A stretch of DNA of 64,000 bases from NCBI GenBank assembly GCA_964016885.1, contig OZ024740.1, forward strand, positions 299,026,001 through 299,090,000. The letters run 5' to 3'. The notes beneath the pieces are model-generated. The model worked only from the letters and a program-made list of their open reading frames with translations. It was not told the DNA's origin and ran no database searches. The first letter of the stretch is position 1; every line of letters begins with the position of its first letter. Positions 1 to 13,517 of the stretch are shown here, piece after piece. Source of the stretch: Eledone cirrhosa (taxonomy: Eukaryota). The translations under genes and the position numbers were made by a program.

Positions 1-452
<452 letters not shown>

Positions 453-561
453 TAAAAAAAAATAACCTCCAACAATGCATGAAGACCAAAAAACAGGTGA
501 GGAGAAATGGGCCATTGAGAAAATCAAACTCAACCTTATATGTATATATATATATATATAT

Positions 562-2441
562 AATGGAAAAATTTGAACAGGGACAAAACAGAGAGGCAGT
601 ACAATAAATGTTTATTAATTTCACGCTCAGGAGAGTGGGGTGTAGGTGGGGGACGACGTTTCGGGCATAAGCCCTTCCTCAGGTGAGAAGTGTGTGGGAA
701 CAGAGTTCAAAAGGTGTGTAGGGGAGTGGTGGAGAGACATATAGCGAAAGGAAACGGTGCGAATGAAAAAATAACAAATAAAGATAAAAATAAAAATAAA
801 GCATGATCAAAATACAAGGAATGAGATAAATTTAAAAATAAAGGCATGATCAAAATAAACTGAAATTAAAAGGGGGGTAAACAGGTGGTGGAAGGGTGTG
901 GGGTGAGTAGGGGTGGTGGCGGGTGGAGTGGGGAGAGGGAGACGGGGTGTCCGAGCGTGGAGGGCTGAAGGTGGTGTGTGTGTGTAGGTGTGCGTGTGTG
1001 TGTGTGTATGTGAAAGTAAGGGTTGGGGGAAGAACGGGGTTGCATGTTCAGGAAGAGGTGTGTGTGGGGGGTGTTTCTGTGGGTCGGAGTGTCTGTGCGT
1101 GTGTGGATAGGGGGGTGGGGGAGAGGAATCAGGAGGCTGAGGGTGTAAATATGTGGTGGAAAGCACGTGTGTGTGGGGTTTAAGCGTGTTGTGGGTGTGG
1201 GTGGCGTGTGGAGAAAAAAACTTTTTTTGGGGTGTGTGTGGGTGAGTTATATAGGTGATTACGTAAGAGGATGGTTGAAAAGTTGGTAAATTCCAAGGAT
1301 GTTTAGTGGATTGGTTGTAAGTCAATTTCTGCGTGTGGGTAATCCATGAAGCGGTGGTCGGAAGAGGAGAGATGTGGGGTGCGCGCGCAACAGGAAGTGG
1401 TCAGCAGTGGGAGTGCTGTGGTCTGTTAGTGCTGGGAGGTGGTCAGAGGGCATAGCAGCAGTCGGTGGAATGGTAAGGGGGCGAGGATGGGTAGGTGTGA
1501 AAGTTGGAGTGAGGAGGGTGTGTGTGTGTGTGTGTGTGTGTATTAGTAGGGGTGTGTGGGATGAGTGAGTGTGGAGCGAGGGTGTGGGTGGAGCGGGAAG
1601 AGAAGGGTGTGTGTGGTTCTATGGAGGGAGTGTGGTGTACTGGTGTGTGTGTAGTTTGATGAAGAGGTGTTAGTGGGTGTTAGTATACGGGAGGTGGGGA
1701 GGGGTTGAATGCAGGTGTGAGTGGGGGTTAGTGGTGGTAGGGTGTGTAGGGTTGGTGGTGTACGAGGGTGTGTGGGTACGTGTGCGTGGGGTTGGGGGGT
1801 GTTAGTGATGTTAGTTGCGTGTGGGGTGGGTGGTGTAAGTGGGTGCGTGTGTTCGTGTGCTTGGGGTTAGGGGGTGTTAGTGAGGTTAGTTGCAGGGTGG
1901 GATGGAGTTTTGGGGGTGAGAGGTGTGGGGGTGAGGGTTAGTGGTGGTAGTAGGGTGTGTGTTTAGTGTGAGCGCGTGTATATATGTGCCGGTGGGTGTG
2001 TGCGTGTGATAAGGAGGGGGGAGGAGGAGAAGAGGGGAGGGAAGGGATGTTAGTATGTTAGTTGGGGAAGGGTGGTCAGATGAGGGGTGGGGTGGAGGTG
2101 TTAGTATTGTTAGTGTGGGGTGGGCGGTGAAAAGGAAGGGTGTGTTAGTGGTGTTAGTGGGGGATAAGTGTGGGGGGAGGGGGCAGTCGAACGCTAAAGG
2201 AATAAGATTGGGGAGTTCAGGCCGGGGGGAGTGTGGGTCTGTCAGATGAAGATAGTTCGTTGTTCGACCGTAAGGCGATGGGCGGGTGTTCCGTGGCACT
2301 GGAGTAGGCCACAGACTGTGAGATGGCGTGCGGAGTGTCCAGGGCCACCAAAGTGGCGGGCGATGGGGGAACTGCCCCCGAGACGAATATCCCGGAGGTG
2401 CTCCGTGACTCGGTCCGCCAGGCGACGTCCCGTCTGTCCGA
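562..2441 (-). mobile_element. 5'-truncated Penelope-like retroelement (GIY-YIG C-terminus, long C/A-rich 3' UTR, hammerhead, AATAAA) flanked by (TA)n
   Basis: Minus-strand peptide YVGQTGRRLADRVTEHLRDI...PIARHF...H...RLTVEQRTIF...T..PPGLN is the YIG half of a PLE GIY-YIG nuclease; hammerhead core at 650-688; AATAAA near 612. Confidence 0.85.
650..688 (-). ncRNA. Minimal type I hammerhead ribozyme motif (PLE-type)
   Basis: Reverse complement ac-CTGAGGA-a-GGGC-ttat-GCCC-GAAAC-GTC-gt; palindromic minimal stem III, very short stem I. Confidence 0.8.
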
Positions 2442-2634
2442 CATATATATATATATATATATACATACATACATATATATATATAATGTATATATACATA
2501 TAATGTATATATATACATATAATATATATATAATATATATATGTACATATATATATATATATATAAAGTAGATATGTATATATATTAGCGAAGTATATTT
2601 TACTTAGCAAGAGCAATAATCATATATAAAAGGG

Positions 2635-2890
2635 TAAAGAGTCCCTTTGATCTCGAATGACTATGGTATTTGCACTTAGAAAGCTTCCCTACCGAGACAC
2701 AAGTCCGGGCAAGGTGTTTTTGTGGAAGACCATGCAAACCATTCTCACCTCACCACGCTACCGATTTTCTTCAAGGGAACGTCAAAGCCTGACACAGCTT
2801 GGCACCAGTGACGTCCCAACTCAGTTCTACAGTTGAGTAAACTGGATCAACATGAAAGAAGAACACATCGCATCGCCCGGTCCTGGAATC
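2635..2890 (-). mobile_element. tRNA/CORE-type SINE with RTE-like 3' part (degenerate)
   Basis: Homologous to 38740-38965 (+) and 44050-44240 (-): gcacctagaaag...acaagtccgggcaagg...gtggaagacc...gagtaaactgga. Confidence 0.6.
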
Positions 2891-2932
2891 ATCGGTCTCA
2901 TTATTATTTGACCGACCGGCACCTTGTTTATT

Positions 2933-3061
2933 CCTCCTCCTCCTCCTCCTCCTCCTCCTCCTCCTCCTCCTCCTCCTCCTCCTCCTCCTCCTCCTCCTCC
3001 TCCTCCTCCTCATCCTCCCCTCCTCCTCCTCCTCCTCCTCCTCCCCCTCCTCCTCCTCCTC

Positions 3062-3154
<93 letters not shown>

Positions 3155-3167
3155 ATAATAATAATAA
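2933..3167. repeat. (CCT)n-(CTA)n-(TAA)n compound microsatellite
   Basis: Direct reading. Confidence 0.95.
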
Positions 3168-3735
3168 GATTTATTATCTTTTGGTCGTTTTGGAAGCCTC
3201 AACAATGCAGATGGGTAATTCTCCGGGTAACAGGATCCGGTGGTGAAGAGAGAGATGTAAGGAAATGTAGAATGAGACGTATAGTGTGTAGAGGACCGTA
3301 GAAAATAGCGTGAAAAATAAAAATAATAACACGAGATAGAGTTACCTTGGGAGAGATTTAATTGTCCCTATATTTCGGATTCGCATCCATCAACTGGAGG
3401 ATTTCCGGGTGGGGGGAGATTATCTGTCCGATAGGAATGGAATGTGTCATCTGCTGTTCGCTGTTCGTGACTAATTTAGGTCGTGTTATTCTTTTTATTT
3501 TTTACGTGCTTTCCGAGGTTCCTCTACACACTTTACCTCTCGTTCTACATTCCCTTACATCTCGTGTTATTATTTTTATTTTTACGCTCTTTCCTACGTT
3601 CCTCTACACACTATACATCACATTCTTCATTCCCTTACATCTCTCTCTTCACCACCGGATCCTGTTACCCGGAGAATTACCCATCTGCATTTTTGAGGCT
3701 TCCAAAACGACCAAAAGATAATAAATCTTATTATT
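3155..3735. repeat. Inverted repeat, arms about 180 bp (3155-3336 and 3559-3735), pseudo-LTR-like
   Basis: aataagatttattatcttttggtcgttttggaagcctc... is mirrored by ...gaggcttccaaaacgaccaaaagataataaatcttatt. Confidence 0.85.
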
Positions 3736-3794
3736 CCACAATGCTTCAAGCAAAGTTAAATACTTTCCTAATAATAATAACAATAATAATAATA

Positions 3795-3968
3795 ATTGTT
3801 TCTACTTTTGGCACAAGGCCAGCAATTACCTAGTACATTCTATCGACCGCGTAAGGATGAAAGGCAAAGTTAACCTCGGCGCGATTTGAACTCAGAATGG
3901 AAAGGGGCGTAACTCTATACGTCAAAGCATAGTGTCCGACCCTCTACCGATACTGCCAATCCACCGCT
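3795..3968 (-). mobile_element. tRNA-derived SINE with (TAA)n tail (most abundant family here)
   Basis: Minus strand carries A-box TGGCAGTATCGG, B-box GTTCAAATC and the conserved gcctttcatcct...ggtcgata core; about 20 copies in the window. Confidence 0.85.
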
Positions 3969-4079
3969 AATAATAATAATAATGGTTTCTTATATAGGCA
4001 CAAATGCCAGTAATTTTTGGGGAGGGGAAAGTCGATTAAATTGACCCCAGTGCGTGACCTGAATTCTGTCGAAACCTTA

Positions 4080-6375
4080 AGCCAGTAGAAATTTTCTCCG
4101 AAAGTAATGACGATGAAGACGAATCACTAGTTAGAAATGAAAATGATTTCTGCCCAAACAAAGGAAGGAATTAAACACTAGACTCCTTCTTCGAACACAT
4201 TATGAATTTCCCCCTTGAAAAAATGGGAAATAGAAACACTAAATCAAATTTCTCGAAATATGAATGGAAGAACTTAATTGATTTACAGAAAAAAAAAATC
4301 AAAAAAAAATCACTGAAGTCACCATTAAAGAAACTGATAAATGTTGCACTGTTGTCATCATGAACACAGACTACTATAAATATCTGGCATCTAAAATGTT
4401 AGACGATAAAATTTACTATGAAAAATCGCCCATCTACAAACAATAAAATATAATGGAAAATCTAACCTTATTAAAAAAGTATTGCAAAGGACTCACCACG
4501 AAAGAAATCAATTACATAAGCCACTTCAAATGAAAGACTAACATAATCTACGGCCTAGCGAAACTGTACAAATGCAAACAAATAAATTACGCTTGTAAAA
4601 CCTCGACAACTAAATACATCTAATTAACACCTCCTCACGATTTAAAGGTCAGGCTAATTATAACAAGCTCTACATGTGAAACACGCTGATTGAGTAATTT
4701 TCTGGAAATCCTTTTAAAGCCCTACCTAAAACGTGCAGAGCTATATACAAGATGACCTAGACATGCTAAATCACTTTCCCAAAACAGTAAGTGAGCACAC
4801 AACTTTTATTTCCTTTGACGTTGTAAACCTAAACACGAACGCACTCCATGACCATGGAATAACAGCAATTTAATATTGGATAGACACACACCAATCCTAA
4901 TTACCGACACGCGTTCAAAAGACTTCATCCTCGATGGACTCAAATTCATACTACATAACCATTACTTTAAGTTCAATGGATCTGTGTACCGACGAATATC
5001 GGGAACGGTAATGGACACGAGTTGCCGATTCATACGCTAATTTAGTTACGGGGTTCAATGAACAAAAGATTCACAGCCAATCGCTGTTGCTATCTGGAGA
5101 CATTTCATACATCTAAAAACAAGTGGAAAATGTACCTGGATGATTGCTTTATCTTATGGCATGAAAGCCTTGATACATTCACAGAATCCAAAAATATAAT
5201 TAATAACCTTAACAGCAACATCCATTTCACAATGAAGTTTAATACCAAGGAACTAGCCTTTTTAGATAGCACAATTTTAAAAACAGACGGAAGAATAGAA
5301 ACAGACATTTTCTATAAACCCACTCACTCCAAACAGTACCGTCTTTTTACATCAAATCACCCAAAACACACAAAACTGAACATTCAATTTAACCTAGTAA
5401 AAACGATTTGCACAATAGTATCGGACCCGATAAAACTCGAGCAAAGACTGCATGAATAAAAAATATTCTCATCCAAAGAGCGTTCCCACTGGTAATCTAA
5501 CGGAAGAGAAAGAACTAAACATATAGATATCCAACAGCTACGTACAACCAAAACCTCAAACCAGGGAAAATGTTTTACCACCAAAATATCGAAATGTTTC
5601 ACCTTCTTCTAAAAAAACCTTCCTATTTTATATGAAGATAAAAAAAATGATAAGAATTCTAGAAACACATAAAATCACCCAGAACAAAAGACAGCCCAAA
5701 TCACTATAACATATCCTTACTAGAGTAAAAGCCCACAAACAAATCACCAACCTCACTGTTACAAAATAAGAAAGAACAAATTGTGGTACCTGCTTATACC
5801 TAATTGAAGGAACAGAATTCAAATTGAAAGATAGACAAAACTTCAGAATAAAAGAAAATTTTGCCTGCAACTCGTAAAACCTAACCTATGTGAGTACATG
5901 TTGAGGGTGTTTGCAAAATTATATAGGCCAGACAGGAATCTCATTACACAAAAGAATGACCATACACTGCCAACAAATCCGTAATGAAAACACGAAACAA
6001 ATCTCCTTAAGCAGCAACATCGCAATATGTGCAGGATTAAACACACCCAACTTCAAAGGTTTCCCACTCTGCAAATGCTCAGATTCTTTCACTGAACAAC
6101 AGAGAATAAATAAAAAACAATTCGGTAACAAATACAAACCACAATTAAATATGTAATTGTTCCACATTAGACCTATGGATGGGAATAACCAATTTACACA
6201 CACCCATATGTAAATACCTGCACACACATCACAAGATAAAGGAAAAACGATAACTCCAAGGAAACCTCTACTAAAGACCTTTTTTCCCTTTCCTTTCTTC
6301 TTTCCTTTCTTTTGCTTTTCTTCATTCCACTCTTTCTCTCTTTTTTCCCTTTTTACATTTATTTTTTTAAATTGT
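4080..6375 (+). mobile_element. Degenerate Penelope-like element (RT plus GIY-YIG, Neptune-like), with many stops and frameshifts
   Basis: Motifs in order: IKETDK..VVIMN, SFDVVNL.TN, FKFNG..YR..SGT.M, WKMYLDDCFILW, IHFT...LAFLD...TDIFYKPT..QY..F.SNHP, CGTC linker, NYIGQTG..LHKRM..H, KPQLN stop. Confidence 0.9.
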
Positions 6376-6383
6376 ATATATGT

Positions 6384-6479
<96 letters not shown>

Positions 6480-6704
6480 GAAAGTAGAAAAAAACAACAC
6501 AGGAGTACAGTTACGAAAGGCATTAGGTTCACGCTTATATATATATAGATTTGTGCTCTGAAATAGCGATGTATACATGAATGTATGTATAGTATATTTG
6601 GCAATATACCGTATGTTTAATTAAAAACATTTAGAAGACCTTATGCTATCAGTTTTAAAGTAGTGTCTATGTAACTTACTTCTTTTCGGCTAAAGAAGGG
6701 AGAG

Positions 6705-6747
6705 AAGCTGACAGTCTGTTTCACGCTGGTTGGCGTTCATCAGAGCC
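6705..6747 (-). ncRNA. Type I hammerhead ribozyme motif
   Basis: ggct-CTGATGA-ACGC-caacca-GCGT-GAAACAGACTGTC-agct; stems I, II and near-palindromic III present. Confidence 0.8.
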
Positions 6748-7124
6748 ACGCTCTCCCCTGCTTTCGCCAAAAATTATAGAAGCTGGATTCTTATAGAATT
6801 CCAGTAATAATCAGGAGCTGATTATACAGAGCGATTGTCGGTCCAGCAAAAATTAGGTATTAGGATTGGTGCTCTGAAATAGCGATGATATATATATATA
6901 TATTTGTTTTGCAAGGTTTTTGATATGAAATCGTGTGTCGAAACAAATATTGTTATTCTTGGTGAGGGTAATATTGTTATAATATTGCCAGAAATAATAA
7001 CAGAACACACTCACTGGTTTTCGCTACTGTATCTTTTATATCGCCATAGTTAATTTATTTGGCAATAGATTTATTTGAAATAAAATTGCGTAGGCATTAC
7101 AATACAACGAAAGGAAACATAGTA

Positions 7125-7172
7125 GGTCCACTGATGATATCGCAGATGTGTGACGAAAGAACTTTGATAGAC
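7125..7172 (+). ncRNA. Hammerhead motif within an inverted pseudo-LTR pair (about 6945-7357)
   Basis: CTGATGA-tatcgcagatgtgtgac-GAAA-gaacttt; same family as 12944-12986 and 24901-24943. Confidence 0.6.
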
Positions 7173-7377
7173 TATATATATATATTTATATCTGTATTTT
7201 TAACCGTTAGTCAATCAATGATAAACATTGATAGCCAAATAAATTAAATATGGAGATATATACAGAAGCGAAAACCAGCCCAAACCAAACAGTGAGTGTG
7301 CTCGGTTATTATTTCTGGCAATATTATAACAATTTGACCTTCCCTAAGTATAACAATATATATATGTACATATATAT

Positions 7378-7650
7378 CCTTTCTTTTAAGCCTGAAGGCT
7401 CATTTGGGCGGTGTTTATCCAGGTTTGATGGCGTGAAGCGACTGAAAGTACAAGACTTCACCCTGAACAGGACGCCAGACCATTGCAGGGTTAGACACCC
7501 AGCTATTGCTGGTACTCATTTTCAGCTGAGTATACTAGAGCAACGTGAAATGAAGTGTTTTTGCTCAAGAACACAACACGTAACCCACGAATTGAACCCA
7601 CCACATTATGATAGCATGTCCAACACCCTTACCACTAGGCCACGTGTCTC
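7378..7650 (-). mobile_element. tRNA/CORE-type SINE
   Basis: Minus strand ...gggttcaattc...ttgagcaaaaacacttcatttcacgttgctc...; homologues at 30780-31030 (+), 39060-39290 (-), 12690-12820 (-). Confidence 0.75.
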
Positions 7651-7796
7651 CATATATATACATATATATATATATATATGTGTGTATGTAATGTGTATGT
7701 GTGTGTGTAAAAGTAATAACAAAAAATAACATAACAAACGGTAAAGTACATGGAATAAATATATTAGTTTAACGCTTGAAATAGCAGGAAGAGAGT

Positions 7797-7830
7797 ATTA
7801 ACGTTTCGGACACTAGTCCTTCGCCAGAAG
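7797..7830 (-). ncRNA. Degenerate minimal hammerhead motif
   Basis: CTGGCGA-a-GGAC-tagt-GTCC-GAAACGTTA with one core substitution; a more decayed relative lies at about 16930-16960 (+). Confidence 0.5.
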
Positions 7831-8498
7831 TTTGAGTTAGAAATAGAAGATAAATATAAAGTAAAGAGTGATAAGAGGAAGGAACAGGGAAAATGAGAAA
7901 AAAATTGTGGAGAAAAAAAACACACTTGCGTATTCAGTCGGCCATCTTATATATATATTTATATATATATAAGCCCTTTAAACTGTATGTTATTACTCTG
8001 AGGTCTATACCTTGTCGAGTGCTTTGCTGCACTGCTGAAGGCTTTCGTTGGCTTAGCTGCTGCTCGAACTTCGAATATAACTGTACTTTCATTTCCCAGA
8101 CCTAATGATTAATTGATTAATTTAATTTGACAATTCCATTGATTGGTTAATTATTTAAGTTTGTTTAATAACGGTCTGGTTGAGTGCTTAATTCAGCTTG
8201 TGTATGGAATTTTTTCCATTGCTCATAATTTGAATTTGACCGCCATAAACCGGGGTTACCTCCCTTTGGAGTAACATGTGCTATCACACCGGGATTTGGG
8301 TTAGAACGAAAGCCTGTTGAGAAAGTAAGTCCTCTGTTCGATCTTCCAGAAACCTAACTTGTATACACCACAAGCGGATTTTGTTGATTTCGGATTTACA
8401 TAAACCTCACTTAGATATTCAATAATTTCGAAGTGATGATCCAGGTATGTTATATATACAGAAATGTGCATATATATATGTATATATATATATATATA

Positions 8499-8914
8499 TA
8501 CAATATATTAACAAATGGAAACTATATTTATAAAACCATATTTATTTCATTATACAAATTTCAAGGGCCACCAGAGAAAACTATGGTGCGCTTTCATCAG
8601 ATAAAATATAATAATCTCCTGGATATAATAATCTCCTGGATAGTCAGGAGATTCCAACCAGAATGGTTGCATTTTTTAAGGGTATGTCAATATTTATTTA
8701 TAAAACTAACCTATATTATATTTTATCTGATGAAAGCGCACCATAGTTTTCTCTGGTGGCCCTTGAAATAGGTATAATGAAATAAATATGGTTTTATAAA
8801 TATAGTTTCCATTTGTTAATATATTGTATATTTACTCCAATAATTTGTTGAGTGTTTTATATCAGTTATAAAAATATTTTGCTTGTTGTATCCCAACAAA
8901 TTAAATATAACCTC

Positions 8915-8915
<1 letters not shown>
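8499..8915. mobile_element. Palindromic PLE pseudo-LTR insertion in (TA)n with one-sided tail
   Basis: Arms 8499-8610 and 8717-8829 are inverted; tail 8830-8915; same family as 15850-16173. Confidence 0.8.
8719..8784 (+). ncRNA. Type I hammerhead ribozyme motif with extended stem II
   Basis: tattttat-CTGATGA-aagcgcacca...tggtggccctt-GAAA-taggtatA-atgaaata; 8-bp stem I. Confidence 0.8.
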
Positions 8916-8982
<67 letters not shown>

Positions 8983-9104
8983 GGAGGTGAGTTTTATTGT
9001 AGCACAATAAAGCAATGCAAATATCGGATAAGGTAGTACTCAACAGTTTATAGGACTGGAGTATAAATAATATAAAATCAAAAGATGGTTAAAAGAGTTC
9101 CATG

Positions 9105-9175
9105 TATTTTATTATGCGCATTTCAAAAACAAATATCATCATGGGATGATATTTGCGTTCTCATCAGATAAAATA
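9105..9175 (-). ncRNA. Type I hammerhead motif in a PLE 3' end (element about 8978-9240)
   Basis: tattttat-CTGATGA-gaacgcaaatatcatc-ccat-gatgatatttgttttt-GAAATGCGCATA-ataaaata; palindromic stem III ATGCGCAT; homologous to 58440-58710. Confidence 0.85.
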
Positions 9176-10138
9176 GGGAGACATGATATGAAGCTTAAAA
9201 AACACTCGCGAGCAGTGAAGTGTTAAATCAACATATGTTATATGTGTGTGTGTGTGTGTGTGTTAAAATCTAAGTACAATGGACGAATGGACGTGAGCCG
9301 ACACTTTTAAATCGGAACAAAACAGACGAATGGAAATGTCATTTTATCACAGCCTGTTCACTACGGATCAATACAATTTCGGTAAATTAATTACAGGGTC
9401 GGTCATCCCAGTGCACCGGCGATTGAAAAACAAGAAAAGACAACAGTATACGATAATACAAAATATGACCTAGTTTTTTTGACCGATGTGACAATAAAAA
9501 AGATGTAAAATGTGTACGTACAAATTTCAGAAAGAGAGAGAGAGAGAGAGCGAGAGAGAGAGCGAGAGAGAGCGAGAGAGAGAGAGAGAGCGAGAGAAAT
9601 TGAGAGAGAATGAGAGAGAATGACTGAGAAAGCGAATGAGAGGGAGTGAGAGAAAGAAAATGAGAGAGAATGGAAGAGAATGAGAGAGAATGAACGAGAG
9701 AACATGAGAGAGAGAAAATGAGAGCGAGTGAATAAGAGAAAGAGGGGAAGAGGAGGGGGGGGGGTGTGCAATGACGTTGCTTCCGCCATTCGTCTTTTAC
9801 GATTAGATTTCCCTTGTCTATATTGTCAAAAAATGTCGACCAACAGATCGTATTGGAGTTACCTCTCTTGTTTGTCGTGTTTTAGATTTTAAACACACAT
9901 AGAAGAAATTTCAGTTAACTAAGTCTTTCAACAGACTGCATTACATATGTAAGCCACTACAGTATTTGTATTTAGTATGCAGAACTCAGTCATATCTTTG
10001 ATATTCATATCAGCATCACGAGATTCCCTCTGTTTCTTTCTATATATTGCAACTCATGTAAATTCAGAGTAGCTCACGAACATGACCTCTCTTAACTTTC
10101 GAAAAAATACAGGATCTCTAATAACAAATATCGCAAGA

Positions 10139-10141
10139 TAA

Positions 10142-10187
<46 letters not shown>

Positions 10188-10277
10188 TGAAGAAGAAGAG
10201 TAGGTAGAAGTAGTAGTAGTAGTAGTAGAAGAAGAAGAAAAAGAAGCAGAAAAAGAAGAAGAGGAAGAAAAATCAGA

Positions 10278-10333
<56 letters not shown>

Positions 10334-10351
10334 CAGCACTAGTAGTAGTAA
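10139..10351. repeat. (AGT)n/(AGA)n microsatellite
   Basis: Direct reading. Confidence 0.9.
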
Positions 10352-10801
10352 TATTGTAAAAGAGCTATGCTGTGTTTCTGCGGGAAATGCTTCCAAGCAT
10401 TGCTATTGAACTAAGGACTGTAACTTAATAGATGACTAAACAGAAAGAAGAAAGAAAAAAATGCTTTTAAGTAGAATTAAGAATTTGTTATGATGCCAAA
10501 CCTTGCATATTCGATTAGCTTCGAAGCTATAACAGAACCAATCATGAACTCCAAAGTTGATATCTCTCTGAGAACTTCATCGTCTACATATATATATTTT
10601 TTCAAGAATTGGATGAGCTGATACTACTACCATTAAACCAGCTTTCTGTCTTGTATCTAGCTGTCTATGTATATATCTATCTATAACACAGATTCACACT
10701 CTTTGTAAACCATTCAAGATGATGAATATTTAGTGCCTCTTTCTTGCTTGTATGTCAGAAATCCTGTCAATTCCATGTAGACATCACCCGAACCACGAAA
10801 A

Positions 10802-10825
10802 CACCACCACCACCACTACTACTGC

Positions 10826-10858
<33 letters not shown>

Positions 10859-10993
10859 TACTACTACCACCACTACTACTACCACCACCACCACCACCAC
10901 CACCACCACTACTACTACCACCACTACACCACCACCACCACCACCACCACCACCACCACCACCACCACCACCACCACCACCACCACCACCACC

Positions 10994-11038
<45 letters not shown>
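10802..11038. repeat. (ACC)n/(ACT)n microsatellite
   Basis: Direct reading. Confidence 0.9.
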
Positions 11039-11039
<1 letters not shown>

Positions 11040-11467
11040 GCAGGAAAACATTGATCGGCCAGGGAATGGACTTGAAAATAAACAGAGGTAGACATTCCTG
11101 TCGAAATAAATAGCCGTGCACATTCCTCCAGTTCCCTTGTGTGCCGCACTTACACACGCATACACGTACACGCACACGCACACGCACACACGCACACACA
11201 CATACACACACACAAGTGCACCGCATACAGGTATACATATAATCATAACCATATACACAATACACGAATATATTCCATCATAAAACCCTACAGAGATTTA
11301 CGTACACACCTAACATAGACGCACATTCATATATAGTCAAGAATACGTAGATATGAATGTGTATAAATAGCCATCACAAACACACACACATACAATTATG
11401 TATGTATGTGTTTTAGTATGTATGTATGTATGTATGTATGTATGTATGTATGTATGTATATATATAT

Positions 11468-11874
11468 GAGAGATGACCCCTTAGCCTTTGTCAAGGCAGA
11501 ATTCTAGGAGAAGGAAAACTCTGATATAACACCTGCAACCCTGATGGTATCCAATGATGTTGACTTGTTCTTCTTTTTGGTAAATATCATCTTGGTTAAG
11601 AGAGTGGGACTGGCTTTGTGCAGTGCCTTTGCTCACTATAAAAGCTTCACGGCACAGGCATTGCTTTATATCTGGAGATCTCTCTGCACTTGTCGTCACA
11701 TGGTACCATGGGCCCAGCACTATGTGTCAATAATTGTCACAAGTGTAGTGTTTGTACCAGAGTTTTCATGTCGCTGGCTGGACTAAAATGTCACACTTGT
11801 TCAGCACATCGGTAGGGGTTCTCCTACATGGATATAAAGTAGTGGCCGTACTCGAAAACGAGTTGGCAGCCACC
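11468..11874 (+). mobile_element. Non-autonomous bipartite RTE-derived retroposon, 5'-truncated, (TATG)n tail
   Basis: Near-identical to the copies at 20137, 22055 and 28121; RTE-like 5' UTR motif ctaggagaaggaaaactctga; C2H2-coding 3' end. Confidence 0.75.
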
Positions 11875-11906
11875 ATGTATGTATGTATGTATGTAGGTAG
11901 GTATGT

Positions 11907-11970
<64 letters not shown>

Positions 11971-12075
11971 GTATATATATGTATATATATATGTATATGT
12001 TTATATATATATATATGTATATATATATATACATATATACACACACATATATATGTATATATATATGTATATGTT

Positions 12076-12107
<32 letters not shown>

Positions 12108-12490
12108 CATATATACACACACATATATATGTATACTAATACACACACACATATATATGTATATATATATATATATATGAATGTATATATAATATATAAT
12201 ATATACATACATAAATATAGTTTTCCCTTCTTTTTCAATTGATGTACTTTTGTTTATAGCATTTTAACTTTTCTTTCGTCTTTATTTGTGTAATTCACTG
12301 AAATTTATAACTTGTCATGTCTTTGTCTCTATCCATCTTGTTGTGGTCCCAATGTGCACTGGAATGAACAATAACAACCTTAACGCACCGAAAATGTAGT
12401 GATTTCCAGAGGTTGACTAACAAGATAGGACTGTCCATTTTTCAGTAGTTTTTCCGTCATTTTTACCTTTATCTCGTTCGTGCATGCGTG

Positions 12491-12614
<124 letters not shown>

Positions 12615-12943
12615 GACAGTAGATCGACTTTCGTCAAATCGGACCGAAGAAGAAATGTTTCCATTGGTCTTTCCAATTGCTAATACTATCTATCGGTCGC
12701 AACTCCAGGTAGGAGCAACGTGAAATAAAGTGACTTGCTCAAGGACATAGCGCATCGCCCGTTACAGGAATAGAACTCACAACCTCACAATTGCGAATCC
12801 AGTTCTCTAACCACTCAACCACGTTATACTTTGGGAGGGTCATGCTGCCAATAAAACACATGCACCTGTTGGTTTTCACTCCAATTTATTATAAATTTCC
12901 GGTTGGCCGGTTGTTTCGATAACCGGATGTTTGTTTATATATT

Positions 12944-12986
12944 GGCAAAACTTTTTCGTCACACCTTCTGTGACTTCCTCAGTGAC
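12944..12986 (-). ncRNA. Hammerhead motif in a pseudo-LTR (element about 12823-13160)
   Basis: gtca-CTGAGGA-a-GTCACA-gaagg-TGTGAC-GAAA-aagttt-tgcc; homologous to the 24580-25097 arms. Confidence 0.65.
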
Positions 12987-13444
12987 TGCGTTTTTATTTT
13001 GTGTCTCTCCTTTGTTCTGTCCTACACCATCTTGTTTTTGTGTGTTGTGTGTTGTGTGCTTAGTTTGCACATGTGTTACATCCGGGTGTGTGTTTGTGTC
13101 TATTTATTTATTTATGTGTTTGTTTATTTGTCACTATTTGGTTGTTTGTTCTGAAATTAGGTAATGCTATTATGCAATACGTAATCGGCTAAGAGTAGCT
13201 TCATCAGCGAGGAATTAGCTTCTTCGGAACAAGTCAACTACGAGCCCACAATTTTTGTGTGGATTAGCCATTACAGCAATAAGCTTCACTTTCAGTATCA
13301 TGTGACAGTGAAGAGGAGTTAAGCTAGCATTGCCTATTTTTGAAGAGCACGCTGGCACGTGTTTTCAAATTAGATGTAAGAATTACAAATCTAACAAAAC
13401 TCTTTGATACTTCATATAATTACACACACACTCACACACACACC

Positions 13445-13517
<73 letters not shown>

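Noticed and set aside
3860-3968. tRNA genes suggested by A and B boxes
   Set aside because: These are SINE heads with no complete cloverleaf
11481-11720. Repeated 79-aa MLGPWYHV ORF as a small gene family
   Set aside because: It is the antisense reading of the RTE-derived retroposon copies
13180-13212. Hammerhead on the minus strand (CTGATGA-a-GCTA-ctct-TAGC)
   Set aside because: GAAA box reads GATT; at best a decayed copy
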